The position numbers were made by a program, and so were the translations under genes. The notes below the pieces were generated by a model, which worked only from the letters and a program-made list of their open reading frames with translations, was not told where the DNA came from and did no database searches. A stretch of DNA of 63,818 bases, counting the filler, from Polymyxa betae A26-41 (taxonomy: Eukaryota > Protista > Endomyxa: Phytomyxea), in the NCBI GenBank assembly GCA_003693705.1. It is 7 parts of 7 records of this genome, joined end to end, with 100 filler letters (N's around TTAATTAATTAA, not from the genome) between each part and the next. Parts side by side here need not be neighbours in the genome. Positions count along the whole stretch, not along the records: positions 1 to 18,068 come from RBZT01000225.1; positions 18,169 to 25,406 come from RBZT01000005.1; 5 more parts are not named here. One strand, 5' to 3'. Positions 13,265 through 25,406 of this stretch are shown here, in pieces (the first letter of the stretch is position 1; each line of letters opens with the position of its first letter).

Positions 13265-16200
13265 TGAGAAGAGGTACGGATCGGAACTGCCTCCGGAGTG
13301 GGCTGGGCCTCAGCCTGAGCCACGGAATGTCTCGAGATCTGACGGGATCCTCGTCTAGCCCCCGATCCTGATCCTGCACCTTTTGCCATAACAAAGCTAC
13401 TTAGCTCACAACGAGACAGCGTGCAAATCAGAATAGAACTGTATTTAGTAAAACAAACGAGACAGGTCGGTCCAACTTGACCATGACCATCAACAACATA
13501 AAGCGCGTGGATGTGAACCACTGCGCAGGGGCCGTACACTCTCGACCCTAAACCCTAAACTGTCACAGGGAGCTCGTCCCTTTAACACTGCCCGAGCGAT
13601 CGGTGACCGCAATTCCGGACACGATCTTGTCACGATTCTGACAGGTTACAATTGGCGACAGCGCCTTCGTCATCGCGTCCGCGACCATCTTGGTAGTCGG
13701 GCAGTACACTAAGGAAATTGTCTTATCCTCTATCTTGTCACGCGAATAATGGAATCGAACTTCAATATGCTTCGATCTTCGCGAAACTCTGCCATTCTGC
13801 GCGAGCGCAATGGTTGACCTATTATCTTGAAAAATTGTCTTCGCCGTAGATAGTGCAACTCCCATAAACTGTAAAGTATTACGCAACCACGCGGCCTCCT
13901 TTGTCGCGCGCATAAGGCCATATACTCAGCCTCAGTAGTAGACAGCGCCACGAACTCCTGACGCCGGGTCGACCAGTTCACGGCACCTCCGTATAGCATG
14001 AACACGTAGCCACTCGTCGATCTCCGGGTCGTGGAACATCCGGCAAAGACCGCATCGGCGTAGCCCATCAACACTTCCTCGCTCCCGCCAAATTGAATTC
14101 TCAGATCAACGTTCCGCAAAGGTATCGCATCGCCAGCTTTATCGCCTTCACGTGCTGTTCTCCAGGGTTGCTGGCGAACCTCGCCACGGCACCTGCTCCG
14201 TGCGCGAGATCCGGCCTGGTCGCCATTGCAAGATACATCAGCCAGCCGACATCCTGCTGGTACTCGAGCTCCATTGTAGGTCCTTCATTTGGCTCCAAAA
14301 CAGCCCCGGCGGCTGTTGGTGCTGTTACCGGGCGGCACTCCGACCAACCGAACCTCTCCAGAACCTTCTTCCTATAAGCAGACTGACTGATGGTCAAATT
14401 CTTCCGATTCCGGTCATGCTCGACCTTCATCCCGAGAACATGAATAAATGTCGCCAATCGGATTCAAGGAAAACTTCTCCTTATGTGTGCTCTCCAAATC
14501 CGCAATCTCATCATTAGAGTTAGACGCTATAGCCAGATCATCCACATAAAAAGCAACCAGCATCGAAAACCCGTTTTTCAAACGCTTATAAATACATACG
14601 TATCCTTTCGAACTCCGGAACCCCAAATCACGTAGTTCAGAGTCAATGAACTTCCACCAAACACGTCCGGCCTGTTTCAGCCCGTAAATAGCTTTGCGGA
14701 GATTGCACACCAAGGGTTCGCCGTTTGGACCAGTCTCTTCAAAACCCTGTGGCTGTTCCAGGTAGATCTCCTCTTCCAGTAGTCAGTACAGGAACGCCGA
14801 ACCGACATGCAACTGTTTGATGTCCATATCCTCCTTCGCTGCTATCGCCAACAATATTCGCAAAGAAGTCAGTGAAACCACCGGAGAAGTGGTCTCCACA
14901 TAATCGATTCCAGGACGCTGAGTGAAACCGCGTGCTACATAGCGAGCCCTGTAACGCTAAACGTTCCCATAAGCATTGGTCTTCGCTTTGAAACACCATT
15001 TTCCGCTCATTACTCATCGTCCTTCCGTAATTCTGACCAGTTCCCAGGTCCCGTTTCGCATTAACGCGCGATACTCCTCTGTCATCGCTGCCCGCCAATG
15101 TTCGATTGCGAGCGCCTCTCGCGCAGAACTCGGCTCGACACAACCATGAGCCGCCATGGCCCACTCGTGCATGCAACGAATCGGTACTCGTCTCTAACGT
15201 TTTTCGACCACCTGCCATCCGGTATCCCGTCGTAATCATCCACGGAGTTGTCAGTACCTCCCGCCGCTTCGGCGCTCCGATCAGGAAGACCATCAGTTTT
15301 ATATCCGTTACCCGCAAGGTCTCCTGGATTTTCAGTCTCCCACTCATTTTTCTCACATCTGATGGGCCAGTACGACCTTCGCTCGGTACCACCGCCGTTC
15401 CGAAATCGTTGCCAATCCTGACGCCGTCAATCACACCATCACGCGATACGAATCGCCTTTTGGATCTGACGTGCTCGAACACGCCCGCCTTGGCCCCATC
15501 GGCATATCCTAGAAAGATGCAGTCCTGAGATTTCATGTCCAGCTTCTCGCGCAGTTCATCAGGTACGTGAACTAGTGCTCTCGCTCCGAACAGCGGTAGT
15601 TGATTTAGGTCAGGCTTACGGTTCCACAGCATTTAAAACGGCGTCATCATATCCGGATTAGAGACCGTCGGTGTCCGGTTCCGGATATAGGTCGCCATCG
15701 CAATTGCATACTGCCAGTATTGATGTCCTAAACCAGCGTCAATTAAAAGACACCGGGCCATCTCCATGATAGTCCGATTTAGAGGTTCAGCACAACCGTT
15801 TGCTGAGGTGTTCGCGGCGCAGTATGTTCCCTGCGGATGTCCTTCAGTTTCAAATATTCGCGGGCCTCATTGCTGGCATACTCGCCGCCACCGTCAGACC
15901 GCAAACACCGAACATTCACTCCGGCCTGTCGCTCAAACGCAGCCTCGAACATTTTGAATTCCTTCAGCTGTTGCGACTTTTCTTTGAGAAAGCTCACATG
16001 GATCCATCCAGTAGCGTCATCCAAATAAGTCACTAAATAAATGTTTCCCTGTAACGAACGCGTCTGCATCGGGCCACAAAGATCGCTATGAATGATGCCT
16101 CCCGGCTTTGTAGAGCGTTGATTCGCCTTTTTCGGAATTACAGTCCGCGTCATCTTCCCCTTTACCCACGTCTGACACATGCTATTTGCCAAGTTCTCCT

Positions 16201-17778
16201 CTCCCTGAACAGATGGAATGATTCCCCGCTTACTCATATCCAAAATTGTCTTGAAGTTCGTGTATCCACATCGCCGATAGTGACGATATCCGTGGAGTCC
16301 GCAGTTCGAGCAGCCGCCGCCATCACACGGAACCCTCCGGACTGACTCTTGGCCGATAAAGCTTCTTTGCCTTTCATCACCACTCGGCATAGACCTTTCT
16401 CCAACACGACCCTAACGCCCTTCAGACTCGACGCAGTGCTGATTGAGAACAGGTTCTCTCTCAGGCCCGGCACGAAAAGCACATCAGAAAGTCGGATATC
16501 TGGAGATATCACGACCTGTCCGCGATGGGTCTCCTCCAGCTGACGACCGTTTCCCAAAATCACCGCAATGGGCTTCTCGACTGGTATAGCATCGATCAAC
16601 TCAGCCAGACTTGAGACCATATGCGCCGACGCTCAGCTGTCCTGAATCCAGGTTTTGGGTGCTGACAGATTGCAGCCGAGGCCTTCTGCCAAACTCGTCA
16701 CGAATAAAAAATTCTTCAGACGTCGTAGCAGCGATCGCAGTCTCCTCCTTTTTAGCAGTTTCCTTCTTTATTGTTTCTTTGGAATCTTCGGAGCTTTACG
16801 GTCTTTCGAGAAATGTCCGGATTTGCCACAATTCCAACACTTTCCCTTCTTTTTCTTGCCTTTGCCTTTCGAAGGCTATGTCGTCGCCTTCAATGCTGTC
16901 TGCGGTTCAGAACCCGATTCTCCGGTCGCATCCAGCATTTGGTCCGTGGCCATCAGCTTGTTGATTAAATCAGATTTTGACAGCACTGAGCCGTTCATAA
17001 TGATTTCCACAACATTCGAATAACGCGATAAGTGCATAATCGAAAAACAAATGGTCACCATAAAGTCCTCGTCACTAATCTTGGATGGACAGACTTCGTC
17101 CAGCTCATCAGCAGCACCAGACATCATGGTGAAGTGCGCTTACAAATCGTCCGTATCGGACATTTTGGCATGCCGAAACTTCTGCGTAACAACCTTGACT
17201 GCCCGCTCTGCTTCCGATAGAAGTCTCTCAAAGCACTCCACGCAGCCGACGGAGTTCTAGTCTTGCTCACCAGAGTGTACTGGCTCGATTCCAGGGCCGC
17301 TACGAGGATAGAGAACACTTTGTTCTGCGCGGCCAGATCGGGAACATCACGACTCAGCATGTCCAGCAGTCCATATCCGATCAGGTGCGCAGCCCCAATT
17401 CTTGCCGTTTAACTTCTCGCCAGTATATGCACGAATGGCGTCTGGGCCCATACCCTGAGAAGAGGTACTGATCGGAACTGCCTCCGGAGCGGGCTGGGCC
17501 TCAGCCTGAGCCACGGAATTTCGAGATCTGACGAGATCCTCGTCTAACCGCCGATCCTGATCCTGCACCGTTTGCCATAATAAAGCTACTTAGCTCACAA
17601 CGAGACAGAGTGCTTAGATCAGAAAAGAACTGTATTCACTAAAACAAACGAGACAGGTCGGTCCAACTTGACTATGACAATCAACAACATAAATCGCGTG
17701 GATGTGAACCACTGCGCAGGGGCCGCACACTCTCGACCCTAAACCCTAACCTGTCACAGGGATCTCGTCCCTTTAACA
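13265..17778 (-). mobile_element. Full-length, frameshifted Ty1/Copia element (hemivirus-type PBS)
   Basis: TG..CA LTRs 13265-13587 and 17456-17778; TSD CAACT; PBS GGGTATGGGCCCAG (17442-17455); gag, decayed protease (WIQDS*ASAHM), IHSDLCGP/SDGGGEY integrase, YGLKQAGR/YVDD RT, KHIEVRFH/ADAMTK RNase H. Confidence 0.95.
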
Positions 17779-18068
17779 CAACTGACAATGGGTGATTTCA
17801 GATCTCTTTTTTTTTTATTCCTAAAGGCTGAACAGCCGATTTCACGTTCTTCTTTGTAGAGCAGTGCCCGAGGTCCAGAAGTGCGATTTGAACCAGAGGG
17901 TACGATCGGCTGGGTGCGAGAAGGAAATCGAGTCGTTATCGAGGCCGACATACGAAATATCGTCTTCAAGATAAAAAAGCAAATATCGCTCGGTTTGAGA
18001 TTACAAAGCATTTTTCATTTTTTCCTTACTGAGACGGAGTAAAACTCTGCGGACTTCGCGAATCGCAG

Positions 18069-18168
18069 NNNNNNNNNNNNNNNNNNNNNNNNNNNNNNNN
18101 NNNNNNNNNNNNTTAATTAATTAANNNNNNNNNNNNNNNNNNNNNNNNNNNNNNNNNNNNNNNNNNNN
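18069..18168. other. Artificial contig spacer; same at 25407-25506, 30886-30985, about 45584-45683, 54171-54270 and 61314-61413
   Basis: N runs flanking TTAATTAATTAA (stops in all six frames). 60971-61048 is a plain N gap. Confidence 0.95.
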
Positions 18169-21121
18169 ACCCTGGTGCAGATTGGAGGTGTGCGTGGCCG
18201 CCATTCGGAAATGATTCTTTTCGGTAGGATTGCTCTGGCCGACAAAAGCTTCAAGATCTGCCTTCTTGAGAATGGTCCCGATAAACGTTGATTTCCCAGC
18301 AGCAATTCTTCCATGCATGATGATAGTGCCAGAGAACTTTAACGGGAATTCGACAACAGCTGGGCCTTTGTAATTGCGCTGTTCTTGAGACAGCTTCAAC
18401 AGATTCATAGCGGCCACTATCTGCTTCGGGGCAGCGAAATCGACCTTCTCCAGCCATTCTGAATCCAGATTCGAATCCGCTCGGAGCTGGATCAAGAGCA
18501 GATCCCGGAACGTCCGTGATTGTAAGCGGTGCTGCCAGCCCTTGGTGAGCTTCTGGTCGTCCGTAATGGGATGATACTTCTCAGCAAGTAACTGCCACGA
18601 TAAGTAAACAGATTCCATCGCCTCGTACACAACGCATGCAGAGCAACGATTCATGATCGAGGAGGATGCAGAATCGGTCGTCTCCTGCGACATGATTTCA
18701 TGTTGACAGTCGTTGTTTGGAGACGAATGCTCGTCGAGATCGATCATTGTCAGAATGTCCTCAAGAGAGTTGATAGACGAGCGCTCGCTCAGATGCTGTT
18801 GATAGAAGCGAATGAAACTCGGCATAATATCGCTTCGAAAACGTTCAATCGAACCGAGTTCGCTCGTCTCCAACAAGACACGAATAACATCCAGCATATT
18901 ATACACTGGAGGGAAGGTACGACGACGATATATCAAGAGCGGATTCCTGGCCAGCTGTAATGCCGATTCGACGGCGTCCGCAAACCCCGGCATTAGCCAT
19001 GGCTTTAGGAGATGGCTTGATAGCTCCAGACGTTTGACGATGGCGAAGCAGTCCTCCCGAGTTCTGTGATAGCATCAGACGAACATATTCCGAGTAAAAC
19101 CCTAAAACCCTAGCAATGATAAAACTCGAAATATTCTCACCTCATTTTCTGCAATAAAGATATAGCGTTTTGAAAGAGCGCGGTCGCTTCCAGGGCGGTT
19201 ATTTTACGTCCGTACATTCGAAAGCATTGCTGCAATCGATTGCTGCATTCATTGACTCGACATCGGTACATCAACGATTTGTGCTCTTCTTTGACACCAG
19301 GACTGTAAGAAGCATTAAAATCACCAGATGTAACAAAATGTCAAATGATCACCACCATGAAAACGAGAATAATTTCGACTGCAATTCGAGCAGAATCGCG
19401 TGCTGTTTGCTGGAAACGACCAGCATGACGAAATCCGCAAAAAGCGACTCGATGCAATCGCAAACGGCATTCAAATCGTCCGGCGAGGACGCAAATCGCC
19501 TAAATGCAAACAATTGAATAAAAAGAACAAGATTCAATGGCGTTATGCTGACGGAATCAGGGCAGCAAGATCGTACAGCAAATTGAGCAACTTTGCGGTG
19601 GATGGCGCCTCCTCCTTGAGGGTCTTGCAGGTCTCCAGCCAATGCTTCAGAAACGCCATCCACAGCTTGAGATTGTCGCCAGAAAACCGACTACGTCATC
19701 ATAATGAAAAAGTTGGAAATCGATGAAAACAATCGGCAGGAAAGAGATGGAAACGACGTTCAGAGCGAATGCGGAAAATCATTCTAAAAAGGAAACTTCT
19801 CATACTGGGCGTGTTTGGAAATGATTTCAGCATGTTGAAGTCCAACGTCCCAGGAAAGTTTGTTATAAAACGGCGCTTGTTTTAACATGTCTATCCATGC
19901 AATCAGACCGAGGCGATTATCTTGAAATTTCCTGTTTAACGATTCCTAAAAAAGTTTGCTTTAACAGAGACGAATTTCCTACAATGAATATTCGACAAAG
20001 TGATCGAATTCGGCTGGGTCGTGGTCGCTAATGCCCTTTTTCAAACGCATAAGCAGAACAGCATGGTCGTCTCTATCACAAGCTTTAGAATAAGACCTTT
20101 AAGAACCGTTTAAACAAAAAAGTTTTTGTTTTGAATTTTAAAAACTGACAAAAATCGCAAAAAAAGTTATTGGAAATGGGAATGAAAAGGGGCTGTACGT
20201 TGGAACGTGCTTCAAGATTCGATAGACAACAACGCGAAAAAATCGCAATTGTTTAAGAGCCAATCCATGCGACAACGTTGATAGAGGATCGGAATCCAAA
20301 GATCGTCTGATCTGTAGAGGCGGGTCGGAATCACGACCAGACCGATTCCGAACGTTCCCGGACGCAGCTGGACATTTAATCGTGTTCAATCGGATCGCAG
20401 GATCACGTCCAGCGATTAAAATATCGTCGATTAATTGCCCGATGCATTCGTTGGCAGAGACGAAGACGATCGCGGGGTCGTTCTGGGCGCTGCGACCAAA
20501 GATCTCATAGAACTGATCGCGTATCATCGATTCCAATCGATGCCAGAACGATTCCGGCTTCAAAACTCGATCGCATTTGTTCACGACGAAACGAACACGA
20601 CGAGCGAGGTCGGGCCCGAAATGGTTCGAAAGCCGCAGAAGATCGTCGGCGACTCGCAACGACGCGAACTTCGAGGCGTCGATCACGAAGTACAGCCGCT
20701 TTAAATCGAGCGGCTCGGTTTGGCAACCTCGGAGAATTCCGTGTAGATTCGAAACGATGTCGGAATCAGGATGATCTCGAAATCCGGGCGTGTCGCCCAG
20801 ACACAGATTCCTTAGAATCGGAGGTCGTCGATGGAGCCTCCAAGTCTCAGTATGCGGTTCGCCATTCGTTGAACGTTCATTGCCTGAGAAATGGCGATTG
20901 TCAAGATCGAGACAGCGTTCAATGAGACGCGATTTCCCAACAGAAATCGGTCCGAAGAAAACGACTGCAAAAGCACTGAATCGATTGCAGGACAGACGGA
21001 GTCGGATGCCTTCTGAGTAAAGTCCGTTTCCATTGAGAAGTTGGAAATGAGGTTTGTGAGAGGGATTGGGGTCAGTAGCGGAAACGCCAATTGCAACGAC
21101 GAGCAGACACAAAGCCAGCAT
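18169..21121 (-). CDS. Signal-peptide protein with N-terminal TRAFAC-type GTPase domain, helical middle and a second P-loop domain (7 exons, at least 834 aa, 3' end lost in gap)
   Basis: Exons 21121-20199, 20096-19983, 19931-19806, 19690-19553, 19499-19356, 19302-19141 and 19063-18169 join through GT-AG introns into one open frame. Motifs: MLALCLLVVAIGVSA; GPISVGKS, DTPG, NKCD, VSA; second Walker A GRIAAGKST. Confidence 0.75.
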
Positions 21122-22718
21122 GATGTCGAACGAGCAATGAAAAATCTCTTCGGGTCTAAAAGCCCGCATCACCGCTGCGGACTTTGCGTAGTCAATCAAG
21201 TCGAGAAACGACGAAAACTTCGACAAGCTGCAATCTGGCGGACTTGGATAGAAGCATCTCCACGACCGATACTCCGAAACTGCAAAGGGAACTCTGTTTT
21301 TTTTTTTATTTAAAAAGTACAAATTATTCGCGTTGGCAGACAAAGTTGGGAAATATTTGTTTTTGAGCAATCTGAGGCTTAATCGCAGTTAGGGACTCCT
21401 TTCGTTAGGCGGGATCTTGAAAGCAGAACGGAAATGGAATCGAAAAGCCGTTCAATATTACTGAGATGCTTTCAATTGCTAATCCAGATGGTGTCGTGAT
21501 GTTCTTCCGCCCTGCTTCGACTTCCAGTTTGGTCCTGAATGAAGTTCTGTGAAAGGCAGCTAATCATTTGCCAGGGTTTTAGAAATCTCTCGCGACAAAT
21601 CTGAAGCTGCTCGATGATCTTACTGCTGGGAATTCAGCATCATTCTGTGCTCAGCACTTCTCTTATCGTAAGCCGTCTTATTACGATCTATACAGAACTG
21701 TTATCGCTCCCCCATTCTACGACTGCTGCTGGTTGAAATTTATTTCTTTCATTGTTGCTATTGATTGCTAAGCTCGGTTTGTTCGTTCTCCTCTCATGGC
21801 ATCAAGCCTCTTAGATCATTCATCAATTCGCGGGAAGAATTTCTGAAAATTGTCTGCATTTTCAAGCCAGAAGTCGTCCAAGTATATGATATCGCAGATC
21901 TGATGCATGCTGAAAAAAAGACCCTCTCTATAGCGAATTTTCCGACATAGTAATTTTCGATTTAAGCTCCGAAAAGTTTTTTTTTTGTTCATAGACATAC
22001 AGCGCTTCTGGTGTATAAACCCCGGCTAATTCTGCTTCGTTAAAGCTCATTGCTCCGGAATCTGTTGAACGGTTTCATGATGAAGCAGACAAGTCAGTCC
22101 CTTCTTGCACTTGAACTCTTCAACTTACCTTCAGCTTGGAATTTTTTTGAAATTTCAAAGGCCTTCCAGATATTTAGTTCTTTCTTCATTTCAGGATGAA
22201 TTCTGATTCAGTTTTGATTGAAAATTTCCGTCAAAGCTCTACAGCTTACAATATGCAGTTTGCTTTCGATTTGAACTCATTCATTGCTTTGCTGCAATTA
22301 AATTCTAGTTTTCGATAGCATCCTCAATGATCGCCTAAGCAATCGTTCTCTTATAATTCGCCATGAATGATGAAGGCGTGTTTATTACATTCTCGTTTGT
22401 GATTTCCCTAGCTAATCAGGACGCTCTGCGTTTATCGTAGGGCACGACGATGCGAACTGAGTTCGATCATTTTTTAAGAACTTTGCACTAGGGTTCATCT
22501 TTCGAGAGACGATAACACACTGACGGTTCCGACCCCATGGTTCTTTGCCCGTTTTTTTTTGTTCGAATGATATCTTGATCCGAAAGAATGTTCAGAATGT
22601 GGTTCGCAAGTCCCAAAGTAAGATTGACAAAAGTCAATATCGAGCCATTCTGAACCATTTGAATCTACAACAAAAAGATGACCGAAGTCCTCATGCATGA
22701 AAGCAGTTCATGCACTAA

Positions 22719-23310
22719 GAGCATCTCCAATGCGGAGCCTAACTCCGAGCCCATGACTTGGGCTAAAAAAGTATAAATTCTTCCCGAATTCCGAGCCAAA
22801 ATCCACACATGCGCACTTTTATGGCATTCATAAAGCCAAAATCCGAGCCAAATCCCACCCATGCGCACTTTTATGGGGTTCATAAAATCATAAGGGCTCG
22901 TTTGGCAACCACAACCGGAATTCCGTAGGTGCTACGGAATTTCCATGGTCACAATTTGTGGCCATGGACAGGAAATTTCCCAAGTTTTTTTCCGCAGGCA
23001 GTGACCTGCGGACAAAATTCGACAGAATTCCGGCGCCGCCTATGGAATTCCGGTTTCCTCTGTCCACGCTCGCCAAACACTCAAATCGCGCGGAAAATCG
23101 GAAATTTCCGTTTTTCCGGCGAAAACTGCGGAATTCCGCAGTTTTCCGATGCTGCCAAACGAGCCCTAAAGCCAAAATCCGAGACCAATGCGCACTTTTA
23201 TGGCAAAATCCGAGCCAAAATCCAACATGCGCACTTTTCTGGGATTTATAAAGCCAAAATCTCCAACCTCGAGCCACCGAGTGTTGGCGCAAGTTTTGCG
23301 ATAGGAGTGG
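22719..23310. mobile_element. Harbinger-type MITE remnant with internal ~60-bp repeats
   Basis: TAA followed by GAGCATCTCCAA; four ATGCGCACTTTT/GCCAAAATCC repeats; right end unclear. Confidence 0.5.
22894..23166. mobile_element. PIF/Harbinger (Tourist-like) MITE
   Basis: Perfect 14-bp TIR GGGCTCGTTTGGCA and TAA TSD on both sides. Confidence 0.9.
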
Positions 23311-24339
23311 TCTGCGCCACGAGAATAGCTCTCTCTCATCTACTGAGTCGTAAGTTTTGCAGGGTGGTAACTGAATAATACAAACATAGGACACTGGAAG
23401 ATACAGATTCCCAAGAATAGAATTGAGAAAGCATTTTAGATATCTTTATCACTCGATCCTTCGTGTTTCCACAAATTCACTTGCAAAGCGTTGCTTCGCT
23501 CCTAAATTGGCAAAGTAGGACATCTTGTTAACGACGCTGCAGATTTCTGCAACAGAACATACATCAGCAGTTCGATACGAAACCAATATCGCGTTGATTT
23601 GGTGGCTTATCGCCAAACTGTTTTAAACGACGGATCAGCTTTGAAAGGCATTCTTAGGGTTAGGGTTTATTGTTGTGATAAATGTCCAGTATTGTTTTTA
23701 AAATTGACCAAAGCAACATCACCGTGCCAAAAAAAAGTGGTCGTCAGGAAGCTCTTAGGGACGATTTGCATTTTATCGTAGGGCACGACAAAATGAACTG
23801 AGGTGGATTATTTCAAAAGAACTTTGCAAGAAAACTGCTGTAACGGAAGAGCGCAGTGCAAGAACTCGAACGTGTTCAACAGATATCAGTAGAAAGGTAT
23901 CAGGCAGCGTGATGACATGAACGAGGCTTTTTCGAAACTGGATCATTATCTGGGATTGGTTCAAACGACCCTGATTATACTAACTGTAGATCGATTACTG
24001 CTAAATACGAATCCAATAAATTTAGGCGTGGGCGAAATTTTCAACGAACGCTCACCAAGGCCATTTCCCGTCGTTTCACCATGAGGGGAATATGTTCATT
24101 TAGTATGGCAGTCCCAAAGTGCACCTTCATTAAGATTGAAGAATGGACAGCGGGTGCTGTCTGCGTCTGTTTATGGAGCTGCTGATTGTGTCCGTGGCTC
24201 GTACGACCATGGATTGATAACAGACCAAGGATGAATTCAATGTATGTTGAATCCATTGAATACCACGACATAGACCCGGATCAGTTCTATTCGTAAGGCA
24301 GGCCCCTTCACTATGTGATTTTCGGTTCTGCAATGATCG

Positions 24340-25406
24340 AACGACGCACTCTGGTTCGGGCCGAAACCCGCGAACAGCGTGAACAGCTACTACCAGGATG
24401 TTAGTAAAGGGAAGGTCTCTATATACGGAGAGGTGAAGGGGCCGTACACGCTCGCGCACAACATGTCGTACTACGCCAATCACAGGTCCGGACTTGGAAT
24501 CAATACTCCGAATGCGATGACGATGGCACGCGAGGCCGTCGCCGCCGCCGTCAAAGACAACATCAATTTCGGACTTTACGATAACGACCGCGACGGGTTC
24601 GTGGATTCGTTTGTGATCGTCCACGCCGGACGCGGCGCCGAATACACCGAAAGCGGCGACGATATCTGGTCGCATAAAGGCGTCCTGGAGGACCTCGGAC
24701 CGTTCCGGATTCTGCTGAAAGCCTTCCTGGAAAGCGAAGATCAGCCCGAGGAGACCAACGTCTACGCATATTTGACGATTCCGGCCGATTGCAAGCTCGG
24801 AGTTTGCGTTCATGAGTTGGGCCATTTGGCGTTCGGATGGCAGGATCTGTACGACGGAGATTATTCGTCGTACGGGATCGGGAATTGGTGCTTGATGGCG
24901 GCCGGCAGCTACAACGGCGATGAAAACAATCCGGCGCATCCGAGCGCCTGGTGCAAATTGAAACAGAAATGGGTCGATCCGATTCCTATCAAGAACAATC
25001 AGAAGATCGAGCTGAAAGACGTGAAAGACGAAAACAATATCGTTCAGATTTGGAAAGAGAACCTGTTCGGATCGGAGTATTTCTGCTCGAATATCGCAAG
25101 CAGAAGGGGCGGGATTCGGACCTGCCGGGGTCAGGACTTCTGGTCTGGCATATTGACGAGAATCAGGATGATAACAGAAGCGAGATGACGCATTATAAGG
25201 TGGCGTTGATGCAGGGTGACGGAGAGCGTGATATGGAGCGCGGCGAGAATTTAGGCGATGAAGGGGATCCGTTCCCGGGTTCCGGGGGCATCGTTTTGAT
25301 CGGTCCGGATACGAACCCGTCCACCAACGACTATAATGGAGCCCCAACCGGGATCACCATCAGCAACATCCGCGAATTAAATAATTCGATAACCTTCACA
25401 ATCAGC
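24340..25406 (+). pseudogene. M6 family (immune inhibitor A-like) zinc metalloprotease; one frameshift near 25083, N-terminus not found
   Basis: YDNDRDGFVD...VHAGRGAE...IWSH, HELGH...DLYD, WCLMAAGSYNG...PAHPSAW; after the shift LLEYRKQKG...LPGSGLLVWHIDE...GDPFPG. Confidence 0.85.

Larger units (their letters stand above)
21400..23960 (-). pseudogene. Decayed multi-exon gene fragments with an internal duplicated segment, interrupted by MITEs
   Basis: 22431-22487 and 23772-23828 are near copies (TTTATCGTAGGGCACGAC...GAACTGAG...AAGAACTTTGCA); short helical-looking ORFs with stops. Confidence 0.35.

Noticed and set aside
18113-18124. Recurrent TTAATTAATTAA palindrome
   Set aside because: Always centred in N runs; an artificial six-frame stop linker, not biology.
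19807-19851. Small Harbinger-TIR-like hairpin
   Set aside because: Lies within in-frame exon 3 of the GTPase gene and has no convincing TSD.
21122-21370. N-terminal extension of the 410-aa ORF
   Set aside because: Starts at TTG; the first Met followed by a signal peptide is at 21121, although an in-frame ATG lies slightly upstream.
22888-23394. Overlapping 97-168 aa ORFs
   Set aside because: They run through MITE sequence and have no coding signature.
24130-25347. 405-aa minus-strand ORF
   Set aside because: Antisense shadow of the M6 protease.
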